Shown one piece after another: positions 41,116-56,254 of a stretch of DNA of 64,000 nucleotides (within the stretch, counting starts at the first letter, position 1; each line of letters opens with the position of its first letter). Where the stretch lies: NCBI RefSeq assembly GCF_009914755.1, contig NC_060940.1; one strand, 5' to 3'. The DNA is from the human T2T-CHM13v2.0 reference genome, Homo sapiens. The notes under the pieces are model-generated. The model worked only from the letters and a program-made list of their open reading frames with translations. It had not been told where the DNA came from and searched no databases. The position numbers and the translations under genes are program-made.

Positions 41116-43315
41116 ATGAGGCAGGCAGAGGCGCGGGTCACCCTTAGGGCCCCCCTCTTGCTGCTGGGGCTCTGGGTGCTCCTGACTCCAGTCCGGTGTT
41201 CTCAAGGCCATCCCTCGTGGCACTACGCATCCTCCAAGGTGGTGATTCCCAGGAAGGAGACGCACCACGGCAAAGACCTTCAGTTTCTGGGCTGGCTGTC
41301 CTACAGCCTGCATTTTGGGGGTCAAAGACACATCATTCACATGCGGAGGAAACACCTTCTTTGGCCCAGACATCTGCTGGTGACAACTCAGGATGACCAA
41401 GGAGCCTTGCAGATGGATGACCCCTACATCCCTCCAGACTGCTACTATCTCAGCTACCTGGAGGAGGTTCCTCTGTCCATGGTCACCGTGGACATGTGCT
41501 GTGGGGGCCTCAGAGGCATCATGAAGCTGGACGACCTTGCCTATGAAATCAAACCCCTCCAGGATTCCCGCAGGCTTGAACATGTTTCTCAGATAGTGGC
41601 CGAGCCCAACGCAACGGGGCCCACATTTAGAGATGGTGACAATGAGGAGACAAACCCCCTGTTCTCTGAAGCAAATGACAGCATGAATCCCAGGATATCT
41701 AATTGGCTGTATAGTTCTCATAGAGGCAATATAAAAGGCCACGTTCAATGTTCCAATTCATATTGTCGTGTAGATGACAATATTACAACTTGTTCCAAGG
41801 AGGTGGTCCAGATGTTCAGTCTCAGTGACAGCATTGTTCAAAATATTGATCTGCGGTACTATATTTATCTTTTGACCATATATAATAATTGTGACCCAGC
41901 CCCTGTGAATGACTATCGAGTTCAGAGTGCAATGTTTACCTATTTTAGAACAACCTTTTTTGATACTTTTCGTGTTCATTCACCCACACTACTTATTAAA
42001 GAGGCACCACATGAATGTAACTATGAACCACAAAGGTATAGCTTCTGTACACATTTAGGCCTATTACACATTGGTACTCTAGGCAGACATTATTTATTAG
42101 TAGCCGTCATAACAACCCAGACACTGATGAGAAGTACTGGTGAGAAGTACTGGTGATGATAACTACTGCACATGTCAGAAAAGGGCCTTCTGCATTATGC
42201 AGCAATATCCTGGGATGACAGATGCGTTCAGTAACTGTTCTTATGGACATGCACAAAATTGTTTTGTACATTCAGCCCGGTGTGTTTTCGAAACACTTGC
42301 TCCTGTGTATAATGAAACCATGACAATGGTTCGCTGTGGAAACCTCATAGCGGATGGGAGGGAGGAATGTGACTGTGGCTCCTTCAAGTAGTGTTATGCC
42401 AGTTATTGCTGCCGAAGTGACTGTCGCTTAACACCGGGGAGCATCTGTCATATAGGAGAGTGCTGTACAAACTGCAGCTACTCCCCACCAGGGACTCTCT
42501 GCAGACCTATCCAAAATATATGTGACCTTCCAGAGTACTGTCACGGGACCACCGTGACATGCCCCGCAAACTTTTATATGCAAGATGGAACCCCGTGCAC
42601 TGAAGAAGGCTACTGCTATCATGGGAACTGCACTGACCGCAATGTGCTCTGCAAGGTAATCTTTGGTGTCAGTGCTGAGGAGGCTCCTGAGGTCTGCTAT
42701 GACATAAATCTTGAAAGTTACCGATTTGGACATTGTACTCGACGACAAACAGCTCTCAACAACCAGGCTTGTGCAGGAATAGATAAGTTTTGTGGAAGAC
42801 TGCAGTGTACCAGTGTGACCCATCTTCCCCGGCTGCAGGAACATGTTTCATTCCATCACTCAGTGACAGGAGGATTTCAGTGTTTTGGACTGGATGACCA
42901 CCGTGCAACAGACACAACTGATGTTGGGTGTGTGATAGATGGCACTCCTTGTGTTCATGGAAACTTCTGTAATAACACCAGGTGCAATGCGACTATCACT
43001 TCACTGGGCTATGACTGTCGCCCTGAGAAGTGCAGTCATAGAGGGGTGTGCAACAACAGAAGGAACTGCCATTGCCATATAGGCTGGGATCCTCCACTGT
43101 GCCTAAGAAGAGGTGCTGGTGGGAGTGTCGACAGCGGGCCACCTCCAAAAATAACACGTTCGGTCAAACAAAGCCAACAATCAGTGATGTATCTGAGAGT
43201 GGTCTTTGGTCGTATTTACACCTTCATAATTGCACTGCTCTTTGGGATGGCCACAAATGTGTGAACTATCAGGACCACCACTGTTAAGGGATGGACAGTT
43301 ACTAACCCTGAATAA
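41116..43315 (+). pseudogene. ADAM6: ADAM6-like (tMDC IV; ADAM4/6 family) intronless pseudogene; a paralogous copy of the IGH-locus ADAM6
   Basis: Signal peptide, prodomain, metalloprotease-like domain without HEXXH, disintegrin loop CRPIQNICDLPEYC, Cys-rich domain, EGF and TM segments. Disabled by a 13-nt duplication (42128-42153), TAG 42389-42391 and TGA 43262-43264. AATAAA at 43522-43527. Confidence 0.9.
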
Positions 43316-46224
43316 GACTAATTCAGCCTCCTGATCCCTGTAAAGATACAGAGACTATAACAGCAAAATCTATGGAACAGCATCAAAGGAAGGGATGGCA
43401 AAGCTCAAGTCCACATTTCTTGAAGTCCACAGGAGGCACAGGGTCCTGTCTCACATCATGGGGGAAACGGGAGGTACTGGCTTCTGTCCAGGTTCTTGTA
43501 GGTCACTGATGCTCGCTCTGAAATAAATCTTCAAAAACACATTTTGGTGCCTTCCACATTTTCTTAGACTCCCCTGGGATCCCAAACTTGGCCAGAACCT
43601 CTGGCCTGGAGAGACCTGAGTGAGCATCTGGCTCTTGATCTGAGGTTGCTGGTCCCAGAATTAATGGAAGTTGCCACCAGCTCCTTACAGGGCACATTCA
43701 TGACATTTCTCTAGAAGAGAACTCCAGAGCAATGAGCTTCCTCATTCCCCAGGTAGTCTGTCCTTCTCTAAACCCGAAGTCAGTTTAGGGTGATCCAGGG
43801 CTACTCCCTGTTCCCTGTCTGTTCCTCACGGGGGTGCTGTGGGCTTTGCAGTGAGAGGAACTTGGGTTCAAATACCCCACCAAGCAAATCCCCCTACCTG
43901 GGGCCAAGCTTCCCGTATGTGGGAAAATGAATCCCTGAAGTTGATTGCTGCATGCAATGAAATTCAACTAGAAAAATAGGTAGATGTGCGGGGCAAGCTC
44001 TCTGGCATTTAGTGTGAGCTCCGTGAGTGGCAGCTGCCCCCTTCCTTCCTGCCCCCACAATTCCTTGAACTGAAATGGGAAGGAAAGCTGAGTAAGTCGT
44101 GATGAGGAAGAGAAACCAGGCTTGTAGCAGCACAGGCTGGTCCAGGTGTAAAACAGGGCTAGGTGTGTCGCTGAGTTATTGTAAAGGAAAATGGAAGTTA
44201 AATGTATAAATAACCGAATGAGATAACATTTTATTTTAAATTAAAATTCACAATAATATTGACTTTTAAAATGCAGTGTAGGTATGTCACAGAGAATTTC
44301 AAAGGCAAAGCCCACCAACGGAAGAAATCACCCTTCTCATACCATCCACAGAAAACCGCTCATATTCTAGGGTAGTACTGAGATCTAGCATTTTTCTGAA
44401 TACATCTGTGGTTCTAGATGTTCTGCTTCCATAGATATTGTTTAGAATTCCCACCCCTTTCTCCAAACACAGCTTGATATCCTTTCTCTGAACCTGCTTA
44501 GAAATTTCCTCCATTCAGCTGTCATAAAGATGTGAGCAATCCATTCCTGTGCCTCTCTCAGTGTATTCTATTATTTTGTGGGTGAACGCTAATGGACAGT
44601 GAGTGTGAGGTCAGTGAATACAGCCCTCCACCTGTGTGTCCTTCGGGTGTGAGGGGTTTTGCTGATAGAGCAGCAGGCCCCGTCCCACCCTTTATGCATC
44701 TCTGCCCCCCACCTCGTGCTCCAGCTGACCTCTCCCCTGTGGCATGGGGGGTTCCCTGGGGGAATGACCTCCCCTCTCTCCAGGGCCCACCCACTCAGTG
44801 CCCATGCAAGACCACCGTGCTTGGCACAGCCCCACCTTGTGTCAGGGCCTGTGTCTCCTGCCCCACCCCCTAAACAGATGGGAACCGCTGAGACACTGCT
44901 CAGGGCAGGGGGCGGAGGTATGTGCAGAAGGAAGGCAAATGTGCACTCTGTTGGAGAAATATTATAGGTAGTTTGAGCAAAAAATCTAATGCCATGTGAA
45001 CTTTTAGAATGATACATATTTTAACAAAGATTGCGACCAATAGAGTTCATATTGAAGTCAGGTAAACACTATTTAGAGCAACAACAATATCAAAAACACA
45101 AGCCAACAGTTCACCAAGAGAAACCACCATTAACCCCATGGAAATGGTCTTTCAAGAACATCAGCACTTAAATCCTCCAAATCTGCCTGCCTCAGCACCT
45201 GTTGTCTTGAACTGTCCTTCTGTGTGTTCTAATCACTCCTAAACATGGGGCCTGCACTGTGGGAGATCCAAGCTGTGCCAGGTGGAGGGAGCAGGACAAC
45301 TGTTACCAGGTTGTTTGTGTGGATGCCGAGGCCACCCGAGCAGGTGTAAACTCCCACCTGTGGGCCAGAGAAGAGAGCACAGGAGACATGTCCTGGGCAT
45401 AGGGTGAGGGAGAGCTGTGGGGGCTCTGGGTTCTGAGGAGGGTTCTGGCCTGGCAGGGACAAGACCAACCAGCACGTGAGGCCAGGCTGGAGTCTGGACC
45501 TCTGAGGCTGCAAGGGTCATGGGCTGCTTGGCCCAAGGGGCTGTCCTGGTTCTCTAAGGAGTAATTTCAAACATTCCTTCTTCCTCCCATCCCTCTCCTT
45601 CTCTCTTTCTGGGGTGGGTCCACTCCCAGAGCCTGCAACTCCCAAATCCTCTTTGATGGGTCCTCGGCTTCACTCTGCATCCGTCCTGAGCATCGATCTT
45701 CCAATTCCATCCTCTTCTCCTCTGCTGTGTCTAAGCTGCTGTGAAGCCACCTGCTGTAATTTACTGTTTTATATTTAATATTGTAGCATACATCTGTTCT
45801 GTTTCCTTCATCATAAATGCTTCATTTCATGCTCAGCATCTGAGAACACAAGGCCTTGTCAGCTGTCACCTCCTTCCATTCTCTGTTTCCTTCCTCCTAT
45901 CCCCATGTTTGCTCATCATGTCCAGTCTCCTGCCATCCTGAACGCTTCTGATGGAAGGTCCGAGATGTCTCATGAGCATTGTGAAAATTCTTTGTAATGT
46001 GACATTGTTCCAGGCAGGAATTCTCCCTCACCCACCCCGGAAGTCAAGTATAGGCAGATTGCCATGCTCAATCAAAGGCTGAGCTAACTTAACAGTGGCT
46101 TTGGTTTTAAGGTTTGTCCAATCCCCAGGGCACAGGATTTCAGGAAGTTCAGGTGACAGTCTGGGTGTTACCCTTCAGGAGGTTGTAAAGTCCATTTCAC
46201 CTAGTCTATACCACAGACTATGGA

Positions 46225-46227
<3 letters not shown>

Positions 46228-46266
<39 letters not shown>

Positions 46267-46347
46267 CTGTCCCTCTAGAGAACCCTAATATGTATATATA
46301 ATATATATAACATGCCCTGTCATTAAGATCAATGGGAAACTACAACA

Positions 46348-46385
<38 letters not shown>

Positions 46386-46533
46386 AAATATATATATAAT
46401 ATAGATAATATATACTATATATAATAGTATATATACTATATATATTATTTATGTATTATATACATTATATTATATTATATATGTATTATATACATTATAT
46501 TATAATATTATATATGTATTATATAATATATTA
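46228..46533. repeat. (TA)n and AT-rich low-complexity tracts
   Basis: Directly visible. Confidence 0.9.
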
Positions 46534-46534
46534 A

Positions 46535-46936
46535 TACCTTGCTAATCGTAGGTTATGGAAAGATTGCGTTTCTGTTTTAAGGCTCTGTTAGAAATTACTG
46601 GCGCACACACTATATTGTAAATTCTTATCTCTGTGTACTGTACTTCTACATACAAATGTTATGTTAAAGAATTACTTCATCCCCATGTCACCATCTCACC
46701 TCATAATCAAATGACCCTAAATCCCTCACTAACCTACCCCCACCCTCACTAAAACTTAATAATAAATGCTGGTACATCCAGTGCATTGTTGGCACTGTGG
46801 GACCAGTAGGTGGTGACCCCCCTGGACCCAGCTTTCATTGTCTTGTGTGTGTCTATTATTTCTCAACCTGCCAATCCGCCTGGGAACAAAGAGAGAGCCC
46901 CATTGCATTGTGGGCTGCTGGCCAGATCCCGCAATA
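46535..46936 (+). mobile_element. ERV LTR 3' portion (MER11D-like)
   Basis: aataataaatgctgg...gtgacccccctggacccagctttc...gggctgctggccagatcccgcaata. Subfamily from recall. Confidence 0.55.
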
Positions 46937-47504
46937 CATAATTTCCTCATTTGCAAAGTTACTTAGGTCAGCAATTTCATTTTCAACTTTCTTCAGTAAA
47001 GTCATTTCAATTACACTGTATAATTTCATTTATTTGAAATTCAGTAAAAGCCCAAACTATAGCCAAGTAAACAGATAGAGGATATTCCAGGAATTTAGAG
47101 AAGTGGGTATAAAATAAGCAAAAAATATACTGTTTAAGAAGAGTAAAACTGTATTTAGTCATATGCCATGGTTGAGATATGACACAATTAATTTGTCTAA
47201 GATCATAATTTTGTGATAAAAATACAAAACCAAATATATACAATTTAAAAAAAATATTTAGCAGTTCATTAAACCTTGGATTAAATGCAGACTGTATAAA
47301 ATTATCTAACAACATATTTGTGAGTGTGGGGATGTCAGGAGATGCATGAAACTAAGAATGAAATAATTTTCCTCATTTTCATATAAGATGCTTCCATTCA
47401 CTAAAGATCTTTTATTTTAAAAAATCAATTTTCTACATTAGCCAGGTTTTTTATTAATGACAAGCAAATAACCCAGAAGATTATTTTCTTTCCTTGGTTG
47501 AGAA

Positions 47505-47860
47505 AGATTTTCCCCAAACTTCAGCTCAGTTCAGGCATATGCTGTCCCTGAATGAGCATTTACCCTCAGATGGGTACACACATCTGTCAACATATGGACC
47601 CTTCTGTCAGACAAACACACCTTTACTCATGTGGATTCTTCCCTCAGACAAACACACATGTCCTCACATGAACTCTTTCCTCAGACTACCACATATGTCC
47701 TTACATTTACTCTTTCCTCAGAAAAAAGACATTTTCTAATGTGGACTCCTGTCTCAAACAATCAGATATGTCTCCATGAGAACTCTTCACTCAGATACGT
47801 ACATGCATTTCCACATTTTTTCCTTACACAAGTACATATATCTAATGTTGAACTGTTTGC
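47505..47860. repeat. Degenerate minisatellite of about 38 bp (ccctcagacaaacacacatgtcctcacatgaactcttt), roughly 9 units
   Basis: Recurring ctcagac...acac...atgtggactc at about 37-41-bp spacing. Confidence 0.75.
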
Positions 47861-48350
47861 TGCAAAATGATCTCAAGATAATGAAAATTATAAACCCCAA
47901 CCCTGAAATGCATTTTTTGCATTGTAATTATAATTTTGCATTGTAATTTAACTTTGCCTTATTGTCAAGAACAGTGGTTTGCAGCTCCAAAAGCACTGAT
48001 TACTGACAGATGTCCATTTTCTCTGGAAATGTATTCCTCATGTTCTTACTGGACTTATTTGTTGATAATGTTTGCAACTATGAAGATTCCTCAGCAGTGC
48101 CCACATTAGAGAATAAGAAAGAGTAATGGGCAGATTAACCCTGTGCATCCAGACCCGGGCATACTTTGACCTTGGCCTCCCTAAAATGCAGACCAGAGGA
48201 TGGATGAGCAATGCTGAGTTGTGCACACATGACCACAAAAAGACGTGGAAATGTGTCTCCTCCCCTCCTCATGAAAGGCAGCTCATCCCCGTTCTTTCAG
48301 GCCTGGTGAGGAGCCACCCCATGTATGTTCCCTTCCTCAGTGTCCACACC

Positions 48351-48814
48351 ATGAGGTCTGGATCTGGGATTCCCTTCTCATCACCCTCAATATTATGGTC
48401 CCTTGTGAATCAGGTCCAGCTGTGGCTGCTCCTCATGGGCTCTTCTCAGTTGGCTTCCTCTGTGTTTGCAGAAGTCCTGAGTGAAGTTCACTGGTGGAGT
48501 CAGAGGGAAAATGGTTTGCCCAGGGTTTCTCTGAGACTCTCCTGCAAAGCCTCTGGATTCACCTTTACTGACTAAAGCATGAGCTTGGTCCAGCAGATTT
48601 CATGACAGGGATTGGTGTGGGTGGCAACAGTGAGTGAACAAGTGGGAGTTCTCAGGGTTACTCTCCATGAGTATAAGTAAATTAACAGTCCCAAACAACA
48701 CCCTTTCAAGTGCAGTCTACCTTAAAATGACCAATCTGAAAGCCAAGGACAAGGCTGTATATTACAGTGAGGGACACAGGAGAGGGAACATCCGTGTGAG
48801 CCCAGACACAAAAA
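48351..48814 (+). pseudogene. IGHV(III)-clan pseudogene: degenerate leader from 48351, V exon 48472-48774 and a degenerate RSS
   Basis: Acceptor tgtgtttgcag at 48471; ctgagactctcctgcaaagcctctggattcaccttt (LRLSCKASGFTF); VYLKMTNLKAKDKAVYYS. Contains stops and frameshifts. RSS is CACAGGA + 24 bp + ACACAAAAA. Confidence 0.85.
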
Positions 48815-48859
48815 TCTCTGCAGGGAGAGAGGAGTGAACTGCATGGTAGATGCTGCTCA

Positions 48860-49280
48860 CAACCACCAGGGGGCGCTCAGGACACGAGGGGGCGGTCAGG
48901 ACAACAAGGGCGGGCTCAGGACAACAAAGGCAAACTCGGGAGCGCAGGAGATGCTCAGAACAGCCGGGAGCATTGAGAACCAGCAGGAGGTGCTCAGGAC
49001 ACCAGGGGGTGCTCCAGACACCAGGGGGTGTTCAGGACACCAGGATGCGCTCAGGAAACAAGGAGGCGCTCCGGACACCAGGGTCCCTCAGAACCACCAG
49101 GGGGCGCTGAGGACACCAGGGGGCATTCAGGATCACCAAGGAATGCCCAGGACCATTAGGGGGCGCTCAGGACACCAAACGGTGCTCAGAAACACCAGGT
49201 GGCCCTGAGGACACAAAGGGGCACTCAGAACCACCAGGGGACGCTCAGGACACTGGGGGTGCTCAGTTCACGAGGGTTCT
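48860..49280 (+). repeat. Tandem array of about 21 units of 19-21 bp (consensus GGACACCAGGGGGCGCTCA), each a CTCF-motif-like core
   Basis: Perfect CCACCAGGGGGCGC at 48863-48876 and 49094-49107; the other units are degenerate and co-oriented. Confidence 0.9.
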
Positions 49281-49583
49281 CTTAGGAAGCAGCTCCACAT
49301 CAGGAGGCTGGGAGGCTGTGGTTTCCTTTTAAACTTTGGTGATTCTTGACCTGGTCAAGCAAAAGGCTTTCCCAGGATCTCTCACCATTTCTTCCTTTTA
49401 ACTCCATGGATTCTTTTACCTGCAAAACATTAACTTAGAACAGGGATTTAATTCAACTTCTAATGTTGCATATTTTCTGAATAACACTAGCAATGATCTC
49501 TCAGTACAATTTTTAAAATAGATTCTTTATATATTATATTCATTTGAAATAATACTATCATTAAAAGAGTAAAATTTAAAAAA

Positions 49584-49894
<311 letters not shown>

Positions 49895-51069
49895 TCATGT
49901 GCTGTAAGAGTCAAACAATCGCATAGGTTTTCTTACTTTAACTCAGCATATGCATGGTGTTTTGTTTCTTTTTGTTTTATCTACTGTTCGTGGAAATTAA
50001 ACAGCACTTTAAAGACTCTTGTTCTCCACTTTGGTTGGCTTCTAATGTCCTGTTTTGCAGACTGTTTCTTCACCTTCCTTTCTTCTTTGAAAGCCTTTTA
50101 TCTTCCTAAGTCTCCAGGGAGGAAACAGAAAGTCCCTTTACTTTCTGTCTTCCATGTGTGGTGAATCACTTCTCTTCTCTTCATAATCATTGAAGCCAAC
50201 CAAGTTTAGGAGGATGACCATTCTTAGAATATACTCATCTACCTGCAGATTATCTGCCCTCCTCACCCTTTTCTAGGGTCCTGCAGACATCACCCCCATC
50301 CAATCCCCTCCTTTCCCTAAGTACCACAGAGTGGGCTCCACAGCTACTGCTGCCCTCTGTGTGCTCAGTCCTGGGGCTCACTAGTGCTTTGATGATGAAG
50401 CCCAAATCCCCATGTGTTTGCACACTCTCTGACCACCCTCTAGGAAGCTGCCAATGTGAGTGACTCCTGGAAAGCATGAGCTGGGTTCAGTTTCATATTA
50501 CTGGATGTTCTCTATTATAAAGGATATTGGCAAATAAGGACTAGAGTTTGTATTAAATATTCATGCCATAAAATGTTTTTTCACAACTTTTCAAATAAAA
50601 AAAATTTATCCTGCCTAGTTTAAAACCATAATGTTAATTCAACAAATAATGTAATACAATTTAAAAAGTGAAGTTTGTCTTATTATTCTATTCATTAATA
50701 ACAGACTGATATTTAAAATTAAATACCATTATACATTTAAATAACATATATGCCAATAATTGCATTTACATTCAGTTTTGCCAAAACACGAATTGAAATA
50801 TGTTTGTATTTTAATATTGGAATAGGCAGACAGACACATAGAAAAATATTATTTTGTACTACAACCTCAAACTGCAAACACAATTTAAATGCAATTAAAT
50901 AATTAAATAATATGAAACAAATGGGTGTGTTGGTGTGATGTTTAAATATACATGCATTTTTGCATGGGCACATGTATGTGTCTTTGCTGGGCTGTTGTGT
51001 ATGTATGTGTGTTTGTATGACCATGAACTTTTCAAATACATCATTAAATTACATATTTATATTAATCTT

Positions 51070-51360
51070 GGCCAGGCATGGTGGCTGAGGCCTGTAATCC
51101 TGGCACTTTGGGAGGTGGAGGCAGGCAGATCACCTGAGGTCAAGAGTTCAAGACTGGCATGGCCAACATGGTAAAACCCCATCTCTACTAAAAATACAAA
51201 AAGTAGCTGGGTGTTGTGGCACGTGTCTTTATTCCCAGGTACTCAGCAGTTAAGGCAGGAGAATCGCTTGATCCTGGGAGGCAGAGGTGAAGTGAGCTGA
51301 GATTATGCCACTGCACTCCAGCTTGGGTGACAGAGTCACACTCCATCTTAGAAATAAATA
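51070..51360 (+). mobile_element. AluS
   Basis: ggccaggcatggtggctgaggcctgtaatcc...gacagagtcacactccatct. Confidence 0.92.
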
Positions 51361-51411
51361 CATAGTTACATTAATCTAAATGTATCATGTTAAAATATTA
51401 GAAGAAAACTC

Positions 51412-53511
51412 TGTATTAGTCAGTTTTCACACTGTTATGAAGTAATATCCAAGACTGAGTAAGTTATTTAGAAAAGAGGCTTAATCGATTCAAAATTATG
51501 CATTGCTGGGGAGGCCTCTGGAAACTTTTAATTATGGCAGAAGGGAAAAGGGAAGCGAGGCATCTTCTTCACAAGGCAGCAGGATGGAAAATTGCAAGCT
51601 GGGGAAATGCCAAATGCTTATACAACCATCACATGTTGTGAGACACACTCATTATCACACGAACAGCCTGGGGGAACCTACTCCTGCAATTAAATTACCT
51701 CCATCGGGTCCCACTATTCGTATGTGAGATTATGGGGATGATAATTCAAGATGAGATTTTGGGTGGGGACACAGAGAAACCATATCATTCTTCTCCTGGC
51801 CCCTTCCAAATCTCATGTCCTCACATCTCAAAACACAATCATGCCTTTTCAACAGTCCCTTAAAGTCTTTTTTTTTCTTTTTTTTGTTTTTTGTTGTTGA
51901 GACGGAGTCTTGTTCTGTCAACAATCTGGAGTGGAGCAGTCCCCTAAAGTCTTAACTCAATCCAGCACTGACTCAAAAGTCCAAGTCCAAAATCTCATCA
52001 GAGACAAGGTAAGTCCCTTCCACCTATGAGCCTGTAAAATCAAAAGCAAGTTAGTTACTTCCTAGATACAATATAAGTATAGATATTGAGGAAAAACACC
52101 CATTCCAAATGGGAGAAATTGGCTGAAATGAGGAGCTACAGGCCCATGCAAGATCAAAATCCAATAGGGCAGTCATTAAACCTTAAAGTTCCAAAATAAT
52201 CTCATTTGACTCCACGTCTCACTTCCAGGTCAGGCTGATGGAAGAGGTGGACTCTAATGGTTTCTGACAGTTCTGCCACCATGGCTTTGCAAAGTACAGC
52301 CCCATTCCCAGCTGCTTTCATGGACTGGTGTTGAGTGTTTTCAGCTTTTCCAGGCTCAGAGTGGAAGCTGTGAGTTGATCTCCCATTCTGGTTTCTGGAG
52401 GACAGTGGCCCTCTTCTCTCAGCTCCACTAGGCAGAGGCCCAGTGAGGACTCTGTATGGTGGCTTCAACCCCACATTTCTCTTCAGCACTACCCTAACAG
52501 AGGTTTTATATGATGGCTACATCACCCCCCAACCAGCAAACTTCTGCCTGGACATGAAGACATTTCCATACATTTTTCTGAAATCTAGGTGGAGGTTCCC
52601 AAATCTCTATTCTTAACTTCTGTGCAAACATGACAGGGAAGCTGCCAAGGTTTGGGATTTGCACCATCTGAAGCAGTGGCCTGAGCTGTGCCTTGGCCCC
52701 CTTAAGCTACAGCTGGAGCTGAAGTAGCTGGGACTCAAGGCACCATTTCCCAAAACTGCACAGAGCAGGAAAGCCCTGGACCAGGCACATGAAACCATTA
52801 TTTTCCTTTTGGGGCTCTTGGCCTGTGATTGGAGGTACTGTCGTGAAGACCTCTGACATGTTCTGAAGACATTTTTCCCCACTTTCTTGGTGATTGGCAC
52901 TTGGTTTCTTGTTACTTATGCAAATTTTTGCAGCATGCTTGAGTTTTTACCCAGAAAATTGGTTTTTCTTTTCTATGGCATCGTCAGCTGAAAATGTTCC
53001 ATACTTTTATGCTCTTGTTTGTCCTGAACGCTTTGCTGGTTAGAAATTTCTTCTGCCAGATACTCTAAACCACCTCTCTCAAGTTCAAAGTTCCACAGAT
53101 CTCTAGGGCAGAGACAAAATGCTCCCAGTCTTCATGCTAAAGCATAGCAGAAGTCACCTTTGCTCCAATTCCCCAAAAGTTCCTAATCTCCATCTGGGAC
53201 CCCCTCATCCTGGATTTTATTGTCCATATTACTATCAGCATTTTGTTCAAGGTCATTCAACAAGTCTCTAGGAAATTACAAACTTTTCAATATCTTCCTG
53301 TCTTCTTCTGAGCCCTGCCAACTGTTCCAGCCTCTATCTCTTACCTAGTTCCAATGTTGCTTCCATATTTTCAGGTATCTTTATAGCAGTGCCTTACTCT
53401 CGGTGGTACCAAAAGAGTGCATTTTTTTCTTCTCATACTGCTATGAAGAAATACTCAAGACTGGGTAACTTACAAAGAAAAGAGGTTTAACTGACTCACA
53501 GTTCTACATGG
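51412..53511 (-). mobile_element. THE1/MST-type MaLR element: LTR 51412-51787, internal region, partial second LTR from about 53417
   Basis: tgtattagtc...gggtggggacacagagaaaccatatca, then THE1-int-like 'cccttccaaatctcatgtcctcaca'...'ggtaccaa'. Confidence 0.88.
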
Positions 53512-53519
53512 AAGGCATA

Positions 53520-55660
<2,141 letters not shown>

Positions 55661-56100
55661 ATCCTCCCACGGGAATGCAAGAAAACAAAACAGACATGGA
55701 CACCCATGGAGAGAACTCATTAGACCTGGTGAAGAATAGATAAAAATCTCTTCCAAAGCCTCCAGTGTTCCCAGCTAAATATGAATTGTGGTGATAGACT
55801 GAAAATAAGGAGGGGAAGGGAGACATGACTCAAGAGAGGAAAAACCCTAAGAGAGCAGAAAGCAGATCTACACAGAACAATCACAGGACAGATGCCAGAG
55901 TGGGGCTGAAACAGGAGCTCATTCTATTGGGTACCTAGTGGAGACCCTTTGACATTTCTTGTGAGGTAATTCTAGTAGTGATGAATTTCTTCAGTTTTTC
56001 TTTGCCTGGGAAAGTATTTCTCTATCTTCCATTTCATAAGAAGTGTTTTATCAATTTTATGTTCTTGGGTGGCTGTATTTTTCCCCCACAAATTTAAATA

Positions 56101-56254
56101 CAGTTATGCTCTGCATAACAAAGTTTCTGCCACTAACAGATGACACAAACAATGGTGGTTCCACAATAATATGCTTCCCTATTTATCTATACCTTTTTAT
56201 GTTTAGATACACAAATACTACTGTGTTACCATGGCCTACAGTATTTACCATAGT
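56101..56254. mobile_element. Partial Tigger3-type element cut by the adjacent LTR
   Basis: TA-CAGTTATGCTCTGCATAACAAAGTTTC..., similar to the element at 18300-18480. Confidence 0.6.

Noticed and set aside
41116-42156. 346-aa ORF as an active metalloprotease
   Set aside because: There is no HEXXH zinc motif (the position reads TQTLMRSTG), and the frame is cut by the 13-nt duplication.
48860-49280. CRISPR-like appearance of the 20-bp array and its 124-aa ORF
   Set aside because: Head-to-tail degenerate units with no unique spacers, no cas genes and a primate context. The ORF is a repeat translation.
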